DNA of 64,000 bases from the NCBI GenBank assembly GCA_023388715.1, contig JAEWFT010000021.1, positions 62,328 to 126,327 of the forward strand, in the 5' to 3' direction. This document shows, one piece after another, positions 48,078 to 59,031 of this stretch. The stretch is from Pseudomonadota bacterium (lineage in GTDB: Bacteria > Pseudomonadota > Gammaproteobacteria > Xanthomonadales > Xanthomonadaceae). The notes beneath the pieces were generated by a model. The model worked only from the letters and a program-made list of their open reading frames with translations, searched no databases and was not told where the DNA came from. Position numbers and translations under genes: made by a program. Numbering within the stretch: position 1 is the stretch's first letter; every line of letters starts with the position of its first letter.

Positions 48078-48425
48078 ATGACCTACGTGACCGGGTTCCT
48101 GACCCCCGTTCCGAATGAAAACAAGGCGCGTTACATCAAGTCCGCCGAGGTGGCCTGGCCGCTGTTCCAGAAGTACGGCGCGCTGAAGCAGGTGGAGACC
48201 TGGGGCGACAACATCGAGGACGGCAAGACCACCGACTTCAAGCGCGCGGTCAAGCTGGAAGAGGGCGAACAGGTCGTGTTCTCCTGGCTTGTCTGGCCCG
48301 ACAAGGCCACTGCAGATGCCGCGTGGGAAAAGATGCAGCAGGATCCCGCCATGCAGGACTTCGACATGCCGTTTGATGGCAAGCGCATGATCTGGGGCGG
48401 TTTCGAGACGATTTTCGAGAGCTGA
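48078..48425 (+). CDS. DUF1428 (YbaA-like) protein
   Basis: MTYVTGF..TDFKRAVK..VVFSW..MPFDGKRMIWGGFE. Confidence 0.9.
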   Translation: MTYVTGFLTPVPNENKARYIKSAEVAWPLFQKYGALKQVETWGDNIEDGKTTDFKRAVKLEEGEQVVFSWLVWPDKATADAAWEKMQQDPAMQDFDMPFDGKRMIWGGFETIFES

Positions 48426-48497
48426 CCGGCCAGGGACTGCATCCATTGGCGTGCCCGCTGCGTAAGCACCCTGACTTCATCACGGGTGGCGCATGGC

Positions 48498-49322
48498 ATG
48501 AAACATCTGGCGGGTTGGTTGTTGGTGGCGGGGGCGCTGGGATTGCCCCAGGCGGGACTGGCGCAGGAGCGTAATGCGGCGCTGGTCCCGCTTCCGTCGG
48601 TGGACGACTTCACCCGTGGCCAGGATGGCTGGGGGTTCGGGCTGGGCCTTGGCGTGGAGTACGAGTCGGCGTACGAGGGCTCGGACGAATTCGGGTTCGA
48701 GGTCGAGCCGGCCGGCGGCGTGCAATGGCGGCGCGGCAACGATGTCTTCTACTGGGCGGGCGAATCGATCGGCTGGCGCGGGCTGCGAGCCGACACCTGG
48801 CTGCTGGAAGCCGCGGTGGGCCTGGACGAGGGCCGCGAGGAAGCCGATTCCGACGACGGGCGGCTGGCCGGTCTCGGCGACGGGGACGAGGAAGCGCAGC
48901 TGGTGCTGCAGGCGCGCCGCGCGTTCGGTGCCGATTGGCGTTCCTGGCTGGTGGGCCGCGTGGTGGCGGCCGAAAGCGGCAACCTGGGCCTGTTGGGCGC
49001 GGGCTATCGCTTCGGCCAGCAGATCGACGGCACCGGCTCGGAGATCAACCTGGTTGGCGTGTTCCAAGACAGCGGACTGGCCAATCGCGATTTCGGCGTC
49101 ACTGCCGCGCAGGCCGCGGCATCGGGCCTGAGCCCGACCACCCTCAGTGGCGGATTTCGCTCCGTGGGCGTCAACTACAACTATCGCCACGCCCTAAACA
49201 GGAACTGGCAGGTGTTCGGCGAGGCGCTCTATGAGCGTTACAGCAGCGAGGTACGCAGGAGCCCGATCGCGCGCAGCGGTTACGAAGCAGAGGTCAGCGT
49301 AGGCGTGCTCTACGTCTTCTAG
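48498..49322 (+). CDS. MipA/OmpV-family outer-membrane protein
   Basis: Signal peptide, YEGSDE motif, FGVT..QA..SG, SPI, C-terminal aromatic YVF. Confidence 0.82.
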   Translation: MKHLAGWLLVAGALGLPQAGLAQERNAALVPLPSVDDFTRGQDGWGFGLGLGVEYESAYEGSDEFGFEVEPAGGVQWRRGNDVFYWAGESIGWRGLRADTWLLEAAVGLDEGREEADSDDGRLAGLGDGDEEAQLVLQARRAFGADWRSWLVGRVVAAESGNLGLLGAGYRFGQQIDGTGSEINLVGVFQDSGLANRDFGVTAAQAAASGLSPTTLSGGFRSVGVNYNYRHALNRNWQVFGEALYERYSSEVRRSPIARSGYEAEVSVGVLYVF

Positions 49323-49402
49323 CGGGCGTCCCGGCGGGGCGCCCAGTGGCGCGACAAGTCGGAGTAAGCTCTTCCCCGGGCGCGAACCTGGGGAGAAACG
49401 CG

Positions 49403-49711
49403 ATGACCCATACCACCATCCTTGTCCGCTACCTCGCCCAGCCGGGCAAGCACGACGAGGCGCTGGCCGCCATCCGCGATCTGCTGTCCACGGTGCTGGC
49501 CAGGGAGCCGGCGTGCGCGGGGATCGAGATCCTGCAGGAGCTGGACCGGCCGGAAGTGATCACCCTGGTGGAGCGCTGGCCGGACCGCGACACCTTCCTG
49601 GGGCCACACATGCAGCAGCCCCACCTGCAGGCCTTCGTGCAGTCCGCGGGCGCCTTCCTCGCCGGCCCGCCGGACATCAGCTTCCACGCGCAGGCGGGGG
49701 AGGGCGCATGA
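49403..49711 (+). CDS. Antibiotic biosynthesis monooxygenase (ABM) family protein
   Basis: AQPGK..EPAC..LVERW..HMQQPH. Confidence 0.8.
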   Translation: MTHTTILVRYLAQPGKHDEALAAIRDLLSTVLAREPACAGIEILQELDRPEVITLVERWPDRDTFLGPHMQQPHLQAFVQSAGAFLAGPPDISFHAQAGEGA

Positions 49712-49941
49712 AACGACAGACCTCCCTGACACCCCGGCGTGCGCGCCTGTTGTTCCTGCTGGCGCTGGCCGGCTCGCTGGCCGGAACGCTGCTTGGGCCG
49801 CGACTGGTGGGCGCGTTTCGCGGCGCGCCGGAATGGCTGCTTCCGGCGATCCTGATGGGCGCGGTGCTGCTGGCGATGGTGGCCGGCTATGCGACGCTGC
49901 ACATGCAGCTGGGACCTCCGACGCCAAGGCAGGAGCGGTGA
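49708..49941 (+). CDS. Small two-TM hypothetical protein
   Basis: ATGA overlap with the ABM gene; two hydrophobic stretches. Confidence 0.55.
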   Translation: MKRQTSLTPRRARLLFLLALAGSLAGTLLGPRLVGAFRGAPEWLLPAILMGAVLLAMVAGYATLHMQLGPPTPRQER

Positions 49942-50335
49942 CCGCACACGGCTACCGCCTGCTGGCGGGCGGCGCGGTGCTTATACTCGGCGGTTGGCTG
50001 TTGCCGCTGCTGGCCGGGCGGCTGGGCTTGGACACGCTGCTGCCCGGACCGGCGGTGGGGATCCTGGCGTGGAGCGTTGCCGCGGCGTTGGGCGGGTTCA
50101 TCGCCCGCACGGGATTCCGGTGACGCTGGTGCTGTGGGCCGCGGTCTGGAAGCTTGCGCTGCTGGCGCTCTACCAGATCGCGGCGCCAGCGGGCGGGGTG
50201 TCGGTGCTGGCGCTGCTTCAGTTCAATGCGCTGCCGATGGCACTGAGCCTTGCGGCGACGGTGGTGGGGACCCTGCTGGGGCAGCGCGTGGCGACACGCG
50301 GGCGACGTGGGCCGCCCGATCCCGTAGTGGCGTGA
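49938..50335 (+). pseudogene. Hypothetical membrane protein split by a frameshift at about 50120
   Basis: GTGA overlap with AGGAG SD; hydrophobic reading continues in another frame after GGFIARTGFR. Confidence 0.45.
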
Positions 50336-50398
50336 TTGGGCCGCTCTGTCGGATCGTGCGCGAGAAACGCATGCCCACGTAGCCGTGATGACGCATAA

Positions 50399-50429
50399 CG
50401 AAAGGCCGATCCCGAGGATCGACCTTTCG
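50399..50429. terminator. Hairpin between convergent genes
   Basis: CGAAAGGCCGATCC-CGA-GGATCGACCTTTCG. Confidence 0.6.
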
Positions 50430-50468
50430 ATAGAGCCCTGTCGGGCGCTCGGTGCGCGTTAGTGCGCG

Positions 50469-50864
50469 TCAGTGCTTGCGCGAGGAGCTGCTGTCGTCGT
50501 CCTTGAAGCGGCCCTCCGAATCACGCGGCTGCTCGTCGTTATTGCCGCGCGATGCGGACGTGCGCCCGTCATTGCCGTCGTCATCGGTAAAGCGGCCCTG
50601 GGCGTCACGCTGGCGGTCGTCGCCACTGGAGCGGGCGTTGCGCGAGGCCTGCACGCTGTTGCTGTCGTCGTCGCTGAAACGGCCCTGCGCGTTGCGCTGC
50701 TGGTCGTCCGTGAAGCGACCCTGGGAATCCCGCGACTGCTGCTCGGCATTGTCGCGCTGCATCTGGCTGCCGGCATTGGCCTGCGACATGGTGTTCTGGT
50801 TGTCGCGCATCTGGCTGCCGGTGCGATTCTGGTTCTGGTTATGGGTCTGGTTGTTGTTCGGCAT
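50469..50864 (-). CDS. Hydrophilic low-complexity protein with four R(D/N)xxGRFxDD repeats
   Basis: AAGGAG SD; N/Q/D/R/S-rich; RDSQGRFTDD, RNAQGRFSDD, RDAQGRFTDD, RDSEGRFKDD. Confidence 0.8.
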   Translation of the reverse strand: MPNNNQTHNQNQNRTGSQMRDNQNTMSQANAGSQMQRDNAEQQSRDSQGRFTDDQQRNAQGRFSDDDSNSVQASRNARSSGDDRQRDAQGRFTDDDGNDGRTSASRGNNDEQPRDSEGRFKDDDSSSSRKH

Positions 50865-51010
50865 TTTCTACTCCTTGTGGGATGAGCGGCATTCCGTTCG
50901 CCGCGGGAACCACGTTACGCACGGACGCGTTAGCGGAATCCGACAAGGACGTTAGCCGGGAGTCGATGTTCCTGAAGCATGCAGGCTGGTGAATGGGGAG
51001 CGCGCTGCGC

Positions 51011-51466
51011 TTACGGACAGCGCTTGCGCGTCAGCGAGCCACCCGAGGCATCGGTGCTGACCAGCGTATCCGCGTCTTCAAGCAAGAAGCGGGTCGCCGA
51101 CCCCCACGTCTCGCCTTCGCCGCTGAGACGCGCGGTGACTTCTATGTCGTCCTCGGCGCGCACGCGCACAGCCGTCACCGGTCCGCTGCTTTCCCACCAC
51201 GCGATCCGACCTGGCTCGATCACCAGCCGCGAATCGTTGCGACTCGTGCCGCAGTCCTCGCGCACCATGTTCCATTCGCCCAGGAAGGCCGCGGGGATGA
51301 CGGCAGGCGGTTCTGCCTCAGCGGGCGGCGCGGCGGGCGGAGACGACGCTGGGGCAGCCGCAGGTGCTGCCGCGGGAGCCGGCGCCGGCGCATCGGAGGC
51401 GGGCGCGCAGGCGAGCAGCAACACCGCCGGAAACACCAGGATGGGGATGAAGCGACTGAGGTGCAT
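51011..51466 (-). CDS. Hypothetical lipoprotein
   Basis: Lipobox LLAC, Ala/Pro linker, IPAAFLGEW..C..ESSG.V domain; GAGGAG SD. Confidence 0.75.
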   Translation of the reverse strand: MHLSRFIPILVFPAVLLLACAPASDAPAPAPAAAPAAAPASSPPAAPPAEAEPPAVIPAAFLGEWNMVREDCGTSRNDSRLVIEPGRIAWWESSGPVTAVRVRAEDDIEVTARLSGEGETWGSATRFLLEDADTLVSTDASGGSLTRKRCP

Positions 51467-51483
51467 GTGACGACTCCTCGCGA

Positions 51484-52017
51484 TCAGGTTCCGTGCCCGG
51501 TGCGCACCAGGCGCGCCGTATCGAACCCCTGGGCCTGGGCCAGCGCCAGCAGCTGCTGGTAGGTTTCGGCCGGAATCTGCTTGTCGCGCGAGAGGAACCA
51601 CAGGTACTTGCGGTCGGGTGAGCCGACCACCGCCCAGCGATAGTTCGGGTCCAGGCCGATGATCCAGTAGTCGCCCCAGACGAAGGGAAGGAAGGACAGG
51701 AACGACGGCGCGAAGCGCACTTCCAGCCTGGACGTGCTGTCGCCGACCTTGCGCGCCACGGCGCGGGCTTCGATCTGCTCGCCATCGTAGGTCTCGCAGC
51801 GGTTCACCACGTCGACCCGTCCGTCGGGGCGCATGGCGTACTGCGCGGTGGTGTTGCGGTCGCACTTGCGCTGGAAGAACATCGGAAGACGCGCCTGCTC
51901 GTACCAGGTGCCCATGTAGCGGTCCAGGTCGACCTCGGGAACCGTCTGCACCTGTGCTGCCGAGGCGGTGCCGGCCAGCGTGCCGGCCAGGGTCAGCGCG
52001 ATGATCAGGGATTTCAT
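51484..52017 (-). CDS. blc: Lipocalin (Blc-like)
   Basis: VDLDRYMGTWYEQAR, GDYWII.LD..Y, LWFLSR. Confidence 0.9.
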   Translation of the reverse strand: MKSLIIALTLAGTLAGTASAAQVQTVPEVDLDRYMGTWYEQARLPMFFQRKCDRNTTAQYAMRPDGRVDVVNRCETYDGEQIEARAVARKVGDSTSRLEVRFAPSFLSFLPFVWGDYWIIGLDPNYRWAVVGSPDRKYLWFLSRDKQIPAETYQQLLALAQAQGFDTARLVRTGHGT

Positions 52018-52162
52018 GCGGGGCGGGTGTCCTTGTTGAATGGATGCAGGGTCGCGTGCGCGCCGTATCGGCAACGTGAGGCGGCCGTGCCACGACGCGC
52101 GTGCACCCGGCGTCGACACTGCGTCTCCCAGCATTCGCGGACTCCCGACGAAACTCCCTGCG

Positions 52163-52933
52163 ATGCCGCGATTTGCACATACCGACTGGCCCGCGCGCCT
52201 GTGGATCGCCCGCCACGGCCAGAGCGCCGGCAACGTTGCCGCCGATGAAGCCGAGGCCGGCGGCCATCCGCTGATCCAGATCGATACCCGTGACGCCGAC
52301 ACCCCGCTGTCCCCGCTGGGCCAGCGGCAGGCGCGCGCAATGGGCGACTGGTTCGCGCGGATGCCCGAGGACGCGCGACCCAACGTGGTGCTTGCCTCGC
52401 CCTTCGTGCGTGCCCAGCAGACCGCGTGGGCGGCCGCGGATGCGCTGGGCATCCCGCGCGACGAGATCCAGGTGGACGAACGCCTGCGCGAAAAGGAGTT
52501 CGGGATCCTCGACCGCTATACCCGGCACGGGATCATGGCCGAATTCCCCGAGCTGGCCGAACAACGCGCGCTGGTCGGCAAGTTCTATTTCCGCCCGCCG
52601 GGCGGCGAGAGCTGGTGCGACGTGATCCTGCGCCTGCGCAGCGTGCTGGAGATGCTGCGCCGCGACCACGTGGCCGACCGCGTGCTAGTCGTGGGCCACC
52701 AGGTCATCGTGAACTGCTTCCGCTACCTGCTGGAGCACCTGGACGAGGCGGCGATCCTGGAGATCGACCGCCAGGCCGATGTCCCCAACTGCGGCCTGAC
52801 CGAGTACGCGCTGGAGGACATCACCCAGCTGTCCGCCTGTTTCCGGCTGGTGGCGGCCAACCAGGTCGCGCCCATGGAAGCCGAGCATGCGCCGGTCACG
52901 CGCGCGCCGGACCAGCCGACGGGCCCGAAATGA
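52163..52933 (+). CDS. Histidine phosphatase (PGM-like) family protein
   Basis: RHGQS, SPFVRAQQT, LREKEFG, GGESW, VVGH. Confidence 0.9.
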   Translation: MPRFAHTDWPARLWIARHGQSAGNVAADEAEAGGHPLIQIDTRDADTPLSPLGQRQARAMGDWFARMPEDARPNVVLASPFVRAQQTAWAAADALGIPRDEIQVDERLREKEFGILDRYTRHGIMAEFPELAEQRALVGKFYFRPPGGESWCDVILRLRSVLEMLRRDHVADRVLVVGHQVIVNCFRYLLEHLDEAAILEIDRQADVPNCGLTEYALEDITQLSACFRLVAANQVAPMEAEHAPVTRAPDQPTGPK

Positions 52934-53856
52934 CACCGGCTGCCAAAGCGTCCGCGCCGGCGAAACGCGAGGCCAAGCAGCGGCACGATGTCGAGCCGCT
53001 GGCCGACTGGCTGGCGCGCCATCCGCTGCCGGATCCGTTCTCGACCGAGAACAAGGAAGAGCGCGGTCGCGTGCTGGTCGTGGGCGGCAGCGTGCAGGTG
53101 CCGGGCGCAGTCTGGCTGGCCGGACGCGCCGCCCTGCACGCCGGGGCGGGGAAGCTCCAGGTGGCCACCACGTCCTCGACCGCGGTGCCGCTGGCTGTGC
53201 GGCTGCCGGAAGCGATGGTGCTTGCGCTGACCGACGATCCCCACGGCGAGATCGCCCGTGTCAATGCGGCCACCTTCAAGGTCGCGCGGGAAGCGGACGC
53301 GGTGCTGGTGGGACCCGGGATGGGAAGCCAGCGCTCGACCCGGCGCCTGGTTTGCGACGTGCTGGCGGTGGTGCAATGCCCATGGGTGCTGGACGCGGCG
53401 GCGATCATCGAACCGCAGGCGATCGCGCGCTTCGGCACCGGCGTGGTCACCCCGCATGCCGGCGAGATGGCCAAGGCGATGGGCCTGGAACGGGAGGAGG
53501 TCGAAGCCCGGCCGCTGGAGATCGCGCGCGACTACGCCAGCCGCGCCGGCTGCATCGTGGTGATGAAGGGCGTACCCACCCATGTGGTGGACGCCGACGG
53601 CACCGCGCTTGAGCATTGCGCACAGGCGCCTGGCCTTGGCACCTCCGGCTCCGGCGACGTGCTGGCCGGGCTGATCGCCGGATTGATCGCCCGCGGCGCG
53701 GCGCCGATGGCCGCAGCCGCGTGGGGCGTGTGGCTGCACGCGCAGGCGGGACTGGCGCTTGGCGCCCGGATCGGTCCGGTCGGCTACCTCGCCCGCGAGA
53801 TCAGCCCGGAAGTGCCACGCCTGATGCGCGTGGGCGTTGCCGGCAGCGCAGACTGA
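52930..53856 (+). CDS. nnrD: Stand-alone NAD(P)HX dehydratase (NnrD/YjeF C-terminal)
   Basis: K..RG.VLVVGGS..PGA, GAGK, GPG, LDA, TPHAGE, KG, GSGDVLAG. Confidence 0.88.
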   Translation: MTPAAKASAPAKREAKQRHDVEPLADWLARHPLPDPFSTENKEERGRVLVVGGSVQVPGAVWLAGRAALHAGAGKLQVATTSSTAVPLAVRLPEAMVLALTDDPHGEIARVNAATFKVAREADAVLVGPGMGSQRSTRRLVCDVLAVVQCPWVLDAAAIIEPQAIARFGTGVVTPHAGEMAKAMGLEREEVEARPLEIARDYASRAGCIVVMKGVPTHVVDADGTALEHCAQAPGLGTSGSGDVLAGLIAGLIARGAAPMAAAAWGVWLHAQAGLALGARIGPVGYLAREISPEVPRLMRVGVAGSAD

Positions 53857-53861
53857 CCGCC

Positions 53862-54785
53862 ATGGATTGCCCGGGCTTTCGCGACGGCGGATTGATCGTG
53901 CCGCTGCCCGCGGGCTGGTTCTCACCACCCGCGCCGACCATCGAGGTGGACGCCACCCGCTTCCGGGTCAAGCCGGAGTTCCATGTGACCGTGTTCAACC
54001 GCGTGACCGGGCGGCGGGTGCAGGATGCGCTGCCACTGGAGCGCATCCGCCAGCTGTTCGAGTCCGAGGACTGGACGCCGGCGCGAACGGGCGACGGCGT
54101 GATGCTGCGCACGCGCCAGCGGCGCGACGGGCGCGATGTCGAGCGCATGTCGCTGATCGAACTGGTCGAGCTACCGGGACTCAATCGCTTTCGCGCCGCC
54201 ATCGCGGCAGCGTGCGGGATCGACTTGCCGGAGGTGCCGCCGCACGTGACCCTGTTCACAGCGGGAGATTCCTCGGGGATCGGCCTGGCCAGCCTGCAGG
54301 CGCTGCGCGATTGCGCGCAGTTCCGCTTCCGTCTGCCCGCCATCGCGCCGCGCACGCCGCCAATGCCAAGCGCGGCGCTACTGGACGCCTACCGCGACGC
54401 CGCGTACGCCATCGACGGGCTGGCGGCGACGGTGCGGATTGGCGAGCGCTGTGCCGCGATCGAGCGCGAATGCGAACGCATTGGCGTGAGCCGAGCGAGC
54501 ATCGTCACCGCGTCCAATCCCTACAGCGCGCCATCGGACAGCGACGGCAACCGCCTGCGCCAGCGCTGGCTTGCCGCCGAGCTGCGCGGGGCGGGGCTGT
54601 CCGTGCTCCAGGCCGAGGGCCGCGACCCCGCGGGGCGCTGGTCCTCGGAGGAAAGCCTGCTGGTGATCGGATCGACGCCGGGACTCGATGACCGCCTGAT
54701 GCGCGCGTACGAGCAACATGCCGTCGTCGTGGTGGAGGCCGGCGGTGCCGCGCAGATAGTGCTGCACCCCGACAGTCGCGCCTGA
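53862..54785 (+). CDS. Putative 2H-phosphoesterase / DUF3293 fusion protein
   Basis: Two HxT motifs (FHVTV at residue 41, PHVTL at residue 128); C-half with VTASNPYS, EG..W..EES, YEQHAVV. Confidence 0.65.
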   Translation: MDCPGFRDGGLIVPLPAGWFSPPAPTIEVDATRFRVKPEFHVTVFNRVTGRRVQDALPLERIRQLFESEDWTPARTGDGVMLRTRQRRDGRDVERMSLIELVELPGLNRFRAAIAAACGIDLPEVPPHVTLFTAGDSSGIGLASLQALRDCAQFRFRLPAIAPRTPPMPSAALLDAYRDAAYAIDGLAATVRIGERCAAIERECERIGVSRASIVTASNPYSAPSDSDGNRLRQRWLAAELRGAGLSVLQAEGRDPAGRWSSEESLLVIGSTPGLDDRLMRAYEQHAVVVVEAGGAAQIVLHPDSRA

Positions 54786-54804
54786 CTTCCGATGTGTGCC
54801 GTCG

Positions 54805-54999
54805 TTATTTCGGCGTGTTCGGCGCGCGCTTTGTGTGGCGTTCGCGCCAGCGGCCACCGACATAGCCGAGGATGCCGAGCAGCAGCAGGCCGAGCGGGAG
54901 CGCACCCGGCTCTCCTTCGGTGGTCACCATCAGCGCCAGCAGGACCAGGCCGACGCCGGCCACCCCCACGGACACGCCACGTTGCATCTTCGGTGTCAT
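54805..54999 (-). CDS. Small two-TM hypothetical protein
   Basis: AAGGAGG SD; LMVTTEGEPGALPL.L motif between two hydrophobic helices. Confidence 0.65.
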   Translation of the reverse strand: MTPKMQRGVSVGVAGVGLVLLALMVTTEGEPGALPLGLLLLGILGYVGGRWRERHTKRAPNTPK

Positions 55000-55136
55000 T
55001 GCCGCCTCCTTGTCCTGGGCGACTGTGGCAGCGCTGCGTGGCGCGAGGGTGAGGTCGCCCGCTCCGGTGCTGGCGACCTCGCCATCCCCGTGCCAATCTG
55101 GACGCGCCGTGCGCACCAACCCGTGGAGTGAGTGGC

Positions 55137-55445
55137 ATGTACCTGATCCAGCTGTTCCTGCCGCTGTACGACAACGCGGGACAGGCGTTCCCGCGCACGC
55201 TGTTCGACGCCGTGCGCGCCGAACTGGCGGACGCGTTTGGTGGCGTGACCGCCTACACCCGCGCCCCGGCGACCGGCCTGTGGGAGGACGACGCCGGCCG
55301 GGTCCAACGCGACGACGTGCTGCTGTTCGAGGTGATGGCCGAGGCGATCGACCGCGACTGGTGGACGGCCTATCGCAACGGGCTGGAGCAGCGCTTCCGC
55401 CAGGACGAAGTGCTGGTGCGGGCCACCGCGGTGGAGCGCCTGTAG
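55137..55445 (+). CDS. Conserved hypothetical protein
   Basis: MYLIQLFLPLYDN.G..FGGVTAY.R.PA.GLW..FEVM..LEQRFRQDE; GGAG SD. Confidence 0.8.
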   Translation: MYLIQLFLPLYDNAGQAFPRTLFDAVRAELADAFGGVTAYTRAPATGLWEDDAGRVQRDDVLLFEVMAEAIDRDWWTAYRNGLEQRFRQDEVLVRATAVERL

Positions 55446-55488
55446 GCAAGCCGGGAGCCGGGGTGGCGCACCGGCCCCCGCTGCATGG

Positions 55489-58236
<2,748 letters not shown>

Positions 58237-58347
58237 GGGGGATCTCCGCGAAAGGATGCGATCCCCAGTGTACGTTGCCGGCGCAGCGCGGGTGTTGAAG
58301 GCGCGCAACGCTGCAATGGCAGCGACGGGCGCTCGGTACGCACCCGG

Positions 58348-58372
58348 AAGTATGTATAATCCATGCATACTT
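58348..58372. promoter_or_regulatory. Inverted-repeat operator overlapping a TATAAT -10 of the AbrB/PIN operon
   Basis: AAGTATGTAT-AATCC-ATGCATACTT; TATAAT at 58355-58360. Confidence 0.7.
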
Positions 58373-58390
58373 AAGCCGGATGCCCGCCCG

Positions 58391-58594
58391 ATGGAAGCGA
58401 CCGTTGCCGAGCGCGGCCAGATCACCCTGCCGAAGGCCGTGCGCGACGCGCTGGGCCTGACCAAGGGCAGCGTGCTCAAGGTCGAATTGGAGGGCAGCCG
58501 CATCGTGCTGAGCAAGCACGTGGACGACGCGATCTCGCGCGTACGCGGCAGGTTCGCGCTGGATGCGGCGGCCAAGGACGGCGGCGACGCATGA
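58391..58594 (+). CDS. AbrB/MazE/SpoVT-family DNA-binding antitoxin
   Basis: [24 protein letters not shown]. Confidence 0.9.
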   Translation: MEATVAERGQITLPKAVRDALGLTKGSVLKVELEGSRIVLSKHVDDAISRVRGRFALDAAAKDGGDA

Positions 58595-58992
58595 TCGCCG
58601 TCGATGCCGCGGTCCTGGTGGAGCTGCTGGCCGACGGCCCGCGCGCCGACGCCGTGGAGTCCTGCCTGCGCCGCAGCCTGGGCAGCGGCAAGGTGGTGGT
58701 GTGCGACGCCGCCCTGGCCCAGGTCTGCGCCAGCCTGCGCAACGGCGCGGACGCGCTGGCCGCGCTGGAGGACATGGGCATCCATTACAGCGCCACCGAG
58801 GCCAAGTCGGCCGTGCGCGCCGGCGAGATGCAGCGCCGCCATCGCAGCCGCACCGGGCAGGACCGCGCGCTGGCCGACTTCCTGACCGGGGCCCATGCGC
58901 TGCTGCAATGCGACGGCCTGATCGCCTTCGACGCCGGCTTCCATCGCGACTATTTCAAGGGCCTCAAGCTGGTCGTGCCGGCCGAGTCCTGA
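58591..58992 (+). CDS. PIN-domain (VapC-like) protein
   Basis: IAVD, ADFL.GAHA, LIAFD; ATGA overlap with the antitoxin. Confidence 0.85.
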   Translation: MIAVDAAVLVELLADGPRADAVESCLRRSLGSGKVVVCDAALAQVCASLRNGADALAALEDMGIHYSATEAKSAVRAGEMQRRHRSRTGQDRALADFLTGAHALLQCDGLIAFDAGFHRDYFKGLKLVVPAES

Positions 58993-59031
58993 TTCTTTCC
59001 TAGCCAACACCCGATACCCACGGAGACCCCC

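Noticed and set aside
50393..50465. Additional attC (GCATAAC..GTTAGTG)
   Set aside because: No L boxes recognisable; the interior is better explained as a terminator hairpin between convergent genes.
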